Below are positions 24,950 to 32,000 of a stretch of DNA of 32,000 nt, in pieces. The notes under the pieces are model-generated. The model was not told the DNA's origin. It saw only the letters and a program-made list of their open reading frames with translations, and searched no databases. The DNA lies in the NCBI GenBank assembly GCA_963705375.1, contig OY970071.1, positions 90,001 to 122,000 of the forward strand, written 5' to 3'. This DNA comes from Candidatus Saccharimonadota bacterium (GTDB lineage Archaea > Micrarchaeota > Micrarchaeia > Micrarchaeales > Micrarchaeaceae). The translations under genes and the position numbers were made by a program. Every line of letters starts with the position of its first letter. The first letter of the stretch is position 1.

Positions 24950-25909
24950 ATGACTAAGCTAACGCACTCTTTCACCTATGAAATCAAGCCAATCGCGCCG
25001 TATAGCTTCAGTCTGACTGCCAGGAAACCGGCAGGTTGGTCTCTCTTCACGCCATTTGAGGTCTACAGCGATAATGCGGTATGGGCAGCCACTAGTCTAC
25101 ACGGCACACTTACAGGCCTTAAACTAAGCTCCAGAGGCACAGTTGACAAACCAAGAATCACGGCAAAGTTATTTCTTGAGCGAGAGCCCGAAGCCGAACT
25201 TCTGATTGAGATGAAGAGAGAGCTGGTCCACTGCCTCGGTGCCGATGAGGATCTAACCGCTTTCTACGACTTTGCCAGGAAGGATGGCATACTTAGGCAC
25301 ACAATAGGCGACCTGTACGGTATGCACAACACGGAATCAAGCACTATCTTTCCTGATGCTGTGCTTGCCATATTGCTGCAGATGACTACAATGAAACGCA
25401 GCAATGAGATGATGTCGTGTCTGATAGGTAGGTACGGCAAGCTGGCCGAGTTCGATGGCAAGCAGATAAGAGGCTGGCCGGCACCTGAAGATATAGCAAG
25501 ACACAGTGCAGAGGCGCTTTCCAAGGCCTGCAAACTGGGTTACAGGGCAAAACACTTGTACCATCTGGCTAGAAAGCTTGTGAAGGAAGGCTTTCCGACT
25601 ATCGAGGAGCTTGAACTTATGGATCAGGAGGCAGCCAAGGCACTCCTGCTAGAGCTTCCAGGAATAGGAGACTACTCCGCAGACATCATAAACCCTCATG
25701 GCGGCTTTCCTATCGATGTCTGGTCTGCAGACATATTCGGCAAGCTATTCTACGGTCGCGAGCCCAGAAATGGTCGGGCATCCATCGAGCGCATAAAAAA
25801 AGAAGGGCTACGGAGATGGGGCCAATGGTCTTGGATGGCCTTCTTCTATACTGTGCAGGATCTGAAGAACCTGTCAAGAAGACTCGGAACGACGCTCAGG
25901 ATAACTTGA
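24950..25909 (+). CDS. HhH-GPD superfamily DNA glycosylase (AlkA-like)
   Basis: Helix-hairpin-helix LLELPGIGDYSADI followed by FPIDVWSADIF (catalytic Asp region). The N-terminal PIAPYSFSLT resembles the AlkA N-terminal-like domain. TATA-like CTATTTATTTG at 24916-24926 suggests a leaderless ATG at 24950. Confidence 0.75.
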   Translation: MTKLTHSFTYEIKPIAPYSFSLTARKPAGWSLFTPFEVYSDNAVWAATSLHGTLTGLKLSSRGTVDKPRITAKLFLEREPEAELLIEMKRELVHCLGADEDLTAFYDFARKDGILRHTIGDLYGMHNTESSTIFPDAVLAILLQMTTMKRSNEMMSCLIGRYGKLAEFDGKQIRGWPAPEDIARHSAEALSKACKLGYRAKHLYHLARKLVKEGFPTIEELELMDQEAAKALLLELPGIGDYSADIINPHGGFPIDVWSADIFGKLFYGREPRNGRASIERIKKEGLRRWGQWSWMAFFYTVQDLKNLSRRLGTTLRIT

Positions 25910-25926
25910 GGTTTCTGCCTATCGCA

Positions 25927-25950
25927 CCAGATGCACGCATCTGGCTTTTC
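25927..25950. terminator. Hairpin plus T-tract between convergent genes
   Basis: CCAGATGC-ac-GCATCTGG perfect inverted repeat followed by CTTTTC. It lies between the stops of 24950..25909 (+) and 26002..26403 (-). Confidence 0.4.
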
Positions 25951-26001
25951 GTGCTCTTGCGTTCAATTCTCGCGATCACTTAGTCCCACGCGGCGTCGTA
26001 T

Positions 26002-26403
26002 CTACTCCTTTTCTTCGTTCTCGTACAACACATCTGTAGGCTTTCCTGTAGTGTCAAAACGCAAGATCTCCAATATCTTTTCTTTTACCTGCGCTGTCTC
26101 ATCTTCTTTGTTATCGAACTTGATACCGATAGTGGAATAGGAAGATGCCCCCCTAAGCCAGACTGTAGAGTCTTCAACGGCTAATAGCGTACCCTCTGCT
26201 TCGTGAGTTCCGGCTTCGGGAAACACAGAGCATGCATCGTGCCAGTATCTGACAAGAACTCTCGGATGCCAGTCATTTTTAGGGGTCGAGTTCGCTATCA
26301 GGCTTGCTTTCTGCTCTGCTGCCAACGGCTTTGTCGCATCTAAAGAGACATCTGCCTCTTTCTGCGTATCGTCTGCACCGGATCTTGTTTTTTCTATATC
26401 CAT
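26002..26403 (-). CDS. ORFan (133 aa), third gene of the TPR operon
   Basis: It starts 27 nt after the stop of the upstream gene on the same strand. It has acidic termini and a central WHPRVLVRYWHDAC region. No family recognised. Confidence 0.5.
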   Translation of the reverse strand: MDIEKTRSGADDTQKEADVSLDATKPLAAEQKASLIANSTPKNDWHPRVLVRYWHDACSVFPEAGTHEAEGTLLAVEDSTVWLRGASSYSTIGIKFDNKEDETAQVKEKILEILRFDTTGKPTDVLYENEEKE

Positions 26404-26430
26404 ATCTTTCGCCTATCTTGTCACTGTCTT

Positions 26431-26934
26431 TCAGATGTAAGACGAGCCATACTCTTCTTTGTCGTGTTCTCTTGGCATTTTTTTAGTTTTGCCTTCTCCA
26501 GAAGCTTCAAGGACATCCTGTGGCGGAGTTATAAACAGTGCAAGTTCACCGCTATCATTATCTACATCTACAAGTTTCTTGCCATTAGAGTGTACTTTTT
26601 TATCAAGGAATTCACATAGTTCTTGATAAAACTGCCAGAATATGCCTACAGAACCGTTATTGAGCCTTATTTCTGTAACGCTTTTGAAAATCACAGCTAT
26701 TCCTTCTTTCAGCTTCTCCAGAACCAGGGCAAACCCTTCGGCACGAGGTAAATTAATCTTGATGCATCCATCATCATTCTCGCAGTCCATATCTTTTATT
26801 TTATTGCGAACATCAACCGTAGCCCCTATAACACAAGTCAGCGTGCCATCTTCGCGTAAGATCACCCCTAGCGCCTCTGCTTTTTCTTCTGAAACAGCAG
26901 AATCTTCCTTTGTTTTTGAGTTTGCCAACATCAT
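26431..26934 (-). CDS. ORFan (167 aa), second gene of the TPR operon
   Basis: Same strand, 90 nt downstream of the TPR gene. No family recognised. Confidence 0.5.
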   Translation of the reverse strand: MMLANSKTKEDSAVSEEKAEALGVILREDGTLTCVIGATVDVRNKIKDMDCENDDGCIKINLPRAEGFALVLEKLKEGIAVIFKSVTEIRLNNGSVGIFWQFYQELCEFLDKKVHSNGKKLVDVDNDSGELALFITPPQDVLEASGEGKTKKMPREHDKEEYGSSYI

Positions 26935-27024
26935 ACTCGCTTTTTGTGATACTTAAACAATATTTACGCGTTTTGTGTCAAGTTTTCATTTTTAGTGCAA
27001 CAGTTTCTGTGTGTGCTGCTACTT

Positions 27025-28083
27025 TCATTGGTCTGCATCATTCGTGCGCTCTTCGACAATCAGATCATCGCTCTTGCGAAGTATTTTTTTTATGTTATTT
27101 CTGGCTGCTTGCAATTCTGGGTTAAGCCTTTTTGCAGCTTTAAAGTTGTCCAACGCAGCTTCATACTCTCCGTTATCAAATAGCAGCACTCCTAGATTGT
27201 TCCACGCCTCTGCGCAGCCAGGATCTAGACTTATAGCTCCTTCATATGCTTTGCGTGCGTCTTCAGTCTTTTTCATCTTATACAATATGTTCCCTTCAGT
27301 GTTCAAGGCGCTTGCATATGATGGGTTCAGTTTTTTTGCATTTTCGCATGCCATTAGCGCGTCCGAATAGTACCTTTGCGCTTCCGAATAATGCTCTTCT
27401 GCATCCTGTTTTTTCCCTTTTGCTGCAAGGATATCTCCCTTCTTACCGCGATCGTCAGCAGTCTTACCGAGTGTGCTTGCGCACAAAGTGAATGTTACCG
27501 AAAGCATCAGGTTTTCGACTTTACCCTCCTGCCTCACCTTATATACTTGCCGTATAGCCTCTCTGGATCTAATAATTGCTGGCTTGCTTATTGCAGTTAA
27601 TGCCCACTGCTCGCCAAGTATAAAGATATTATTCGAAGTGCAAACGACACTAATTTGTTTTTCAAGCAGGCTAAGCACGTATGCAAACAGTGCCATTGAT
27701 GAGTAAGCGCCGAACTTGCCGGTCTCGATTGAAGTGATAAGCAACAGATTTTTTGGTTCGTAAGACCCCTTTAGGTCGTTGATAAGAATTTCTACCATAG
27801 TTTCAAACAAATTGCGTTCATTACTTTCTCTTACCGCAGTTACAAGCGTTCTCATGTCTTTCGAACCGCGCGTCTCGGTATTTTCGAGGCCTAACCTTTC
27901 TGTCAATTTATCAATGAATGGGTGAACATACTGCTTATCGAAGGCCTTCAGCACTTTATCCAGCTTTTCTGGTGAATACCCTAGTGCTTCTGCTTCGGTG
28001 GGAAATAGCATAAACCGTATCGCTTTCAGATTCAGCATTTGCGGAGTATCTTCAAGACCTTTATCCTTATGCTTGTCCGTCAT
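27025..28083 (-). CDS. TPR-repeat protein with an unknown N-terminal domain of about 210 aa
   Basis: The C-terminal third has 3-4 TPRs, including AEAWNNLGVLLFDNGEYEAALDNFKAAKRLNPE and ASALNTEGNILYKMKKTEDARKAYEGAISLDP. The N-terminal domain is not recognisable. Confidence 0.7.
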   Translation of the reverse strand: MTDKHKDKGLEDTPQMLNLKAIRFMLFPTEAEALGYSPEKLDKVLKAFDKQYVHPFIDKLTERLGLENTETRGSKDMRTLVTAVRESNERNLFETMVEILINDLKGSYEPKNLLLITSIETGKFGAYSSMALFAYVLSLLEKQISVVCTSNNIFILGEQWALTAISKPAIIRSREAIRQVYKVRQEGKVENLMLSVTFTLCASTLGKTADDRGKKGDILAAKGKKQDAEEHYSEAQRYYSDALMACENAKKLNPSYASALNTEGNILYKMKKTEDARKAYEGAISLDPGCAEAWNNLGVLLFDNGEYEAALDNFKAAKRLNPELQAARNNIKKILRKSDDLIVEERTNDADQ

Positions 28084-28297
28084 GTACTCGACCGAGAGAA
28101 TACGCTTTTTCCTAATACTTATGCCTTTCTTTTGTCTGGATTGTTTGCATAAAGTTGCGTTTATGTAAATCGTGGCAGACTGCGATTTCTACATTCTATT
28201 CGTTCTGTCCTGAAGAGTCTTAGATGCTCAAGGCCATCAAGCGCATCAAACGTGGCTGTTAGCACATTTAATATTCTTTATATGCGAAATAAGTCTT

Positions 28298-29314
28298 GTG
28301 TCGGTGAAAACAGTGCAATTTGACAAACGCATAATCTTTGCGATTATGGTTTTCGCAGTGCTGCTTATTGCTTTTGGGACATTCTTCTGGGTCAAAGCGT
28401 CTGGCAGACCTGCCGCAAAACTTCCTTCGAACGTTTCCTTGATAGTGGGTGTCGGAACACACGGTAATGTCGGCTCCGAGACAAAATCATTGATGAGTGG
28501 AGTAAAGTACTATAGGGTGGATATAAATCTAAGCAGCAGACAGGCAAACCAAATACTGTCTGAAAACGAGCAGTTTGGGGCGCAATATCTTGGCATACTC
28601 GATTATGAGACGCTAGCTGGCCTCGGAGCGAACGACAGTCAGAGCCTCAACGCATGGAATCTTAGCGTCTTGGAAGCCTTGGATAAGTATCCCGAGATAC
28701 GCACGTGGGAGATATGGAACGAGCCCTATGTTGCACAATTCCAGACGGGCTACATGAACGGCAGCGCATACAACTATTATCAAATGATAAAGAGTGCATA
28801 CGTGATAATAAAGTCCGAAGAGCCTAACGCGACAGTTGTGTGCTTAGGTGGAGCTCCGATAGCCGATTACAATACCTTCAACTGGTACTCACAAGTCTGG
28901 AGCTTCGGGGCTGCCAGTTACTGTGATGCAATCTCTGTTCATGCGTATGCAGGGGATACACTGCTCAACCAGTCTGGCGTTTCACATTATTGGCTGGAAG
29001 GGCTGTCTGCGTACTGGAATCTGACCCACAAACAAATATGGATAACTGAAACTGGAATGCCGTCATATTCCTATGCCTATCCTTCAGCATTCAGCCAGCC
29101 GATGCAGAACGCCTTTCTGTTGCAAGACATCATATTTTTCAGCAACGTTCCATATGTGAAGAGAGTATATTGGTTTGATCTGTGGGGCTTGTCCGATGGA
29201 TCACTCCGAAACAATTTTGGGCTATTAAATCTGTCAGAACCTTATTCCGGCAACCCAGGCCTTGCTTGGCATACTTTTCTTTCAATATACAACAGCAGCG
29301 CATCGGTAACCTAG
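28298..29314 (+). CDS. Membrane-anchored clan GH-A (GH5/GH39-like) glycoside hydrolase
   Basis: N-terminal TM IIFAIMVFAVLLIAFGTFFWV. Acid/base motif TWEIWNEP and nucleophile motif IWITETG lie about 110 residues apart. About 9 N-x-S/T sequons. Confidence 0.7.
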   Translation: MSVKTVQFDKRIIFAIMVFAVLLIAFGTFFWVKASGRPAAKLPSNVSLIVGVGTHGNVGSETKSLMSGVKYYRVDINLSSRQANQILSENEQFGAQYLGILDYETLAGLGANDSQSLNAWNLSVLEALDKYPEIRTWEIWNEPYVAQFQTGYMNGSAYNYYQMIKSAYVIIKSEEPNATVVCLGGAPIADYNTFNWYSQVWSFGAASYCDAISVHAYAGDTLLNQSGVSHYWLEGLSAYWNLTHKQIWITETGMPSYSYAYPSAFSQPMQNAFLLQDIIFFSNVPYVKRVYWFDLWGLSDGSLRNNFGLLNLSEPYSGNPGLAWHTFLSIYNSSASVT

Positions 29315-29337
29315 TGTAATCATGAACTTACAGAGGC

Positions 29338-29793
29338 CTAAACGCTCCAATTTCTTCCTTCTTCTACAAACTCGCTGTAGGTTATGTTCTTTTTGATGTT
29401 CTCGATCGCAAACCGCACATACGGGACTGTGTTTTCAGGCAAATTGTCAATCGAAAACCACTGCATGTCGTCGCATTTCTGAGGCTCAGCGTTTTTTGGT
29501 TCGTACTTCCATACACTTGCCTTGAAAAAGAAATCAATTCGCTCCACTTCGCTCAACCTATGCATAACGTGCACAAACTCCAGGTCGTTGACACTTACTT
29601 CAGATCCTGCCTCCTCGATGGCTTCCCTGACTGCCGCATTTCTTACCGTTTCATTGCTCTCGACATGTCCTGCAACTAGACTGTACTTGCCATCGCCCCA
29701 TCCTGTATTGAACCTCCTTAGCATGAGTAGCTTGCCGTTTTTGATGAACAACACATGTACTGCCGATACGAATCTACCTACTCTTACGGCCAT
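29338..29793 (-). CDS. Nudix hydrolase
   Basis: Nudix box GHVESNETVRNAAVREAIEEAGS. Confidence 0.8.
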   Translation of the reverse strand: MAVRVGRFVSAVHVLFIKNGKLLMLRRFNTGWGDGKYSLVAGHVESNETVRNAAVREAIEEAGSEVSVNDLEFVHVMHRLSEVERIDFFFKASVWKYEPKNAEPQKCDDMQWFSIDNLPENTVPYVRFAIENIKKNITYSEFVEEGRNWSV

Positions 29794-29916
29794 AAAATGC
29801 CCAACAGGCTTTGGAAGGCGGCGTTTATCTAACTTTCATTTAACACATCGAGCGTACATTGCCTCTGACATGAAGCAGCGGCTTTAAGCCTTCGCTCGAA
29901 ATGCATAGGTGATGGT

Positions 29917-30312
29917 ATGCCTGTGATAGACAAGCTCGCATGGATATGCGTAAAGGACAACAGGATACTGTGTGCAAGGTCCAGGGGCAAAGACGCCTTT
30001 TATGTCCCTGGAGGCAAAAGAGAGACTGGTGAGAGTAACGCGCAGGCGTTGATACGCGAAGTCAAAGAAGAACTGAGCGTGAACCTTATACCAGATACTT
30101 TGCATTTTGAGGAGATCTTCCAGGCGCAAGCGCACGGCAAGCCCCTAGGCACAATCGTCAAAATGACGTGCTACACCGCAGATTTCCGCGGAGAGATCAA
30201 GCCGGACTCTGAGATAGAGGCATTGAAATGGATGTCTTATGCGGACAAGGACATAATGCCACCTGTCGACAAACTTATCTTCGACTGGCTTCACAAGAAA
30301 GGCAGCCTATAG
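29917..30312 (+). CDS. Nudix hydrolase (MutT-like)
   Basis: Nudix box GGKRETGESNAQALIREVKEELSV. Confidence 0.8.
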   Translation: MPVIDKLAWICVKDNRILCARSRGKDAFYVPGGKRETGESNAQALIREVKEELSVNLIPDTLHFEEIFQAQAHGKPLGTIVKMTCYTADFRGEIKPDSEIEALKWMSYADKDIMPPVDKLIFDWLHKKGSL

Positions 30313-30415
30313 TTTAGATCCGAATCGAATGCGTTTTGAACTCAAAACCGCTGCACCAGACAAGAGACAAATACATTACGCGTTCAGGCATTGCCACTAT
30401 CGCAAAAAGAAAGCG

Positions 30416-30426
30416 CATATATATCT
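30416..30426 (+). promoter_or_regulatory. TATA box for 30462..30896
   Basis: CATATATATCT lies about 41 nt upstream of the ATG. Confidence 0.5.
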
Positions 30427-30461
30427 AATGGCACACAGCGCATAAAGCATACGGTGATCCG

Positions 30462-30896
30462 ATGTCAATGAGAGTAACGTCACATACGAATAATACGCTA
30501 TCTGTGGCACTGGACGCAATAAAAGACACAGGATGGGCTTCCTATTGCATAACCATTCCTGCAACGGTCAATTCATTCAAGACCATCGAAGAAAAAAAGA
30601 GCATACTGGGCAAGGTTGATATGTCTTCAGGCCCTGCAGAGAAACTTGAACTTGGTAGGTGGTATGTGCTGCTGCCGGTTTCAGAAAGGCCAGTAGCTGG
30701 GAAAGAAGACGTGCAGAAATGCACAAAAAACGCTTTGAAGAAGCAGGAAGAAGTCGCAACTGCACAGACGATAATTGCATTCTTTTTTGAAGAAGGTTCT
30801 GTACGTTCATTCACCCGTGCAGCAGATATTTGGAGCAGTTATGAGGACTTCATAAAGCTTCTTACCGAGAGTCTGGTGCAGGTAAAGCCACAGTAG
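30462..30896 (+). CDS. ORFan (144 aa, soluble)
   Basis: TATA CATATATATCT at 30416-30426. A perfect SD GGTGATCC at 30453-30460 precedes ATG 30462. No family recognised. Confidence 0.5.
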   Translation: MSMRVTSHTNNTLSVALDAIKDTGWASYCITIPATVNSFKTIEEKKSILGKVDMSSGPAEKLELGRWYVLLPVSERPVAGKEDVQKCTKNALKKQEEVATAQTIIAFFFEEGSVRSFTRAADIWSSYEDFIKLLTESLVQVKPQ

Positions 30897-30917
30897 CGTG
30901 CCCAGTTCTGCTTCATT

Positions 30918-31529
30918 TTATTTTCTGCTTTTTATTTTGAGGAAATGTTGCCTTCTTGCAAGGACCACTGCTACAAACAATGAGTTTGTCAAGACTAGGG
31001 AAGCAGGGTAAAGTGCGGTTGTCAGTGTTACTGACTGGAGTGCAAACAGAGAGATTGCAAGGCTTGTTCCGCTCAGAGCATATGTGCTTGCAGTCTCCTC
31101 ATACGGCCGCTTGTATGCCTTCCTGAAAGTCGGCACGAATGCAATCGCATCAACAAGAGTAGCTATCACCACTTCGTTCAGCGGTTTATTAGTTATCAGC
31201 CAAAGTGCGATGCCTATCAGGGCCAAAACAAGGCATAACGTGTCAAGAGGCACGATCTCTTTCTCGCCCCACCAGAACAATGCAATTGCTAATATCGCGA
31301 TCTCCATGGCTGTAGATGCGGCAAGCACCCATGCGCCCGAACCTGCGCCTTTAGACAGCGACGCGAAGAAGGTAGCACCCATTATCAGACTCCATACAAG
31401 CCAGGAGAACATGTGGGGCTTGGTTTTCTTTAGAAGCGCATCCCTGAAATAAGGTATGAACGCCACAAATCCAATTACTGCGGACACACTGCCTAGCAAT
31501 GTTTGGTATTCCATCAAAGGCACGGTCAT
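30918..31529 (-). CDS. Six-TM membrane protein with an internal 3+3 TM duplication (PQ-loop/SemiSWEET-like layout, tentative)
   Basis: Repeat AFIPYFRDALLKKTKP versus AFVPTFRKAYKRPYEE, each following the first helix of its half. TATA TTATATAA (complement of 31553-31560) lies about 27 nt upstream, giving a leaderless start. Confidence 0.6.
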   Translation of the reverse strand: MTVPLMEYQTLLGSVSAVIGFVAFIPYFRDALLKKTKPHMFSWLVWSLIMGATFFASLSKGAGSGAWVLAASTAMEIAILAIALFWWGEKEIVPLDTLCLVLALIGIALWLITNKPLNEVVIATLVDAIAFVPTFRKAYKRPYEETASTYALSGTSLAISLFALQSVTLTTALYPASLVLTNSLFVAVVLARRQHFLKIKSRK

Positions 31530-31742
31530 ATGGGCCTAATCTCTGAAAAAGTTTATATAACAGAGCAGAACCTCTAGAATCATGGCAAATGTAGGCATAC
31601 TTGCTATCCGCTTAAATGTTTCAAAACAACAAAAAGTCACAAATAAAGGGCTCAGAAACGTCAATAATATATATTAGGACAAATTCATCTATCATATAAT
31701 TTTGAGTGAAGAATAAAGTGATAAAAGAACTGGAGCACCTGT

Positions 31743-31753
31743 CTTATATATTG
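31743..31753 (+). promoter_or_regulatory. TATA box for the ORF starting at 31793
   Basis: CTTATATATTG lies about 45 nt upstream of the ATG. Confidence 0.4.
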
Positions 31754-31792
31754 AGGCATGCTGTAATTAACACAAGCTATTGAAGTGATTGA

Positions 31793-32000
31793 ATGTTCGG
31801 CCAAGCCACTGAGACAAAAAGCAAAGAAGCTGAAAACGCCCAGTTCAATCAACTGCTCGGCAGATTAACCGCAGACAGAGCAGACCAGGCCTGCGAGCTT
31901 CGAGAGGCTTTGAAAAGGACTCCAGCAAATGCCTTGCAAGTGCTTGAATTTGTGTTCATAAACATACCCGGGGTGCTAGGTTCTAAATCGAAGTGGGAAG
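31793..32000 (+). CDS. 5' part of an ORF running off the window, a possible third member of the 16907/17647 family
   Basis: Open frame from ATG 31793 to the window end (MFGQATETKSKEAENAQFNQLLGRLTADRADQACELREALKRTPANALQVLEFVF...). SD AAGTGAT has the same aligned spacing as other genes, and a TATA lies at 31743-31753. It is not in the ORF track because it has no stop. Confidence 0.4.
   Translation, partial: MFGQATETKSKEAENAQFNQLLGRLTADRADQACELREALKRTPANALQVLEFVFINIPGVLGSKSKWE

Noticed and set aside
30333-30348. GTTTTGA-AC-TCAAAAC palindrome as a stand-alone operator
   Set aside because: It lies only 20 nt after the stop of the Nudix gene 29917..30312 and could equally be a transcript-end hairpin. 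It is therefore only mentioned as a possible variant under the upstream-box finding.
15700-32000. An integrated virus, plasmid or mobile island explaining the ORFan-rich half
   Set aside because: No integrase, transposase, tRNA target, terminal direct or inverted repeats, capsid/terminase-like motifs or long co-directional gene modules were seen. ORFans are interspersed with ordinary metabolic and repair genes on both strands.
1-32000. CRISPR arrays, rRNA or tRNA genes
   Set aside because: No regularly spaced direct repeats and no conserved rRNA or tRNA sequence blocks were found on either strand by visual scanning. The only tandem repeat is the 10-bp unit at 23353-23376.

Overview
The window is gene-dense, with about 39 CDS on both strands. 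I saw no rRNA, tRNA, CRISPR array, transposase or integrase. All calls come from reading motifs by eye; no database search, HMM or structure prediction was run.

The expression signals look archaeal:
- A/T-rich TATA boxes sit either about 26 nt upstream of leaderless ATGs, or about 40 nt upstream of ATGs preceded by GTGAT/GGTGA Shine-Dalgarno elements. These elements are complementary to the archaeal 16S 3' end GAUCACCUCC.
- Oligo-T terminators, pyruvoyl arginine decarboxylase PdaD and a DRG-type GTPase are present.
- A single-domain parvulin, a CspA-type cold-shock protein and a TRAM protein occur together. This is reminiscent of mesophilic Nitrososphaerota (Thaumarchaeota)-like archaea, but that is only a guess.

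From 0 to 15.6 kb the genes are mostly recognisable housekeeping. They include a sequon-rich surface protein, DUF72, DRG GTPase, histidine phosphatase, EamA transporter, Nudix, parvulin, MsrA, PdaD, GlnA, a beta-carbonic-anhydrase-like fusion, TRAM, Csp and an ABC-2 exporter.

From 15.7 to 32 kb the region looks accessory. ORFans, each with its own strong near-identical TATATATATCT-type promoter, are interspersed with a phasin-like/UbiB pair, hemerythrin, a nucleoside deoxyribosyltransferase-like protein, an HhH-GPD glycosylase, a TPR protein, a clan GH-A glycosidase and two more Nudix genes.

The best candidates for something undescribed are:
1. 15703-18588: a tandem paralogous ORFan pair with a divergently transcribed repeat-bearing ORFan. 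A probable third paralog starts at 31793, and all share a promoter/SD cassette.
2. 26002-28083: a three-gene TPR-ORFan operon.
3. 22817-25909: a co-directional run of N-glycosidase-like protein, 466-aa ORFan and DNA glycosylase.
4. 10646-11476: a beta-CA-like core fused to an unknown C-terminal domain next to glnA.
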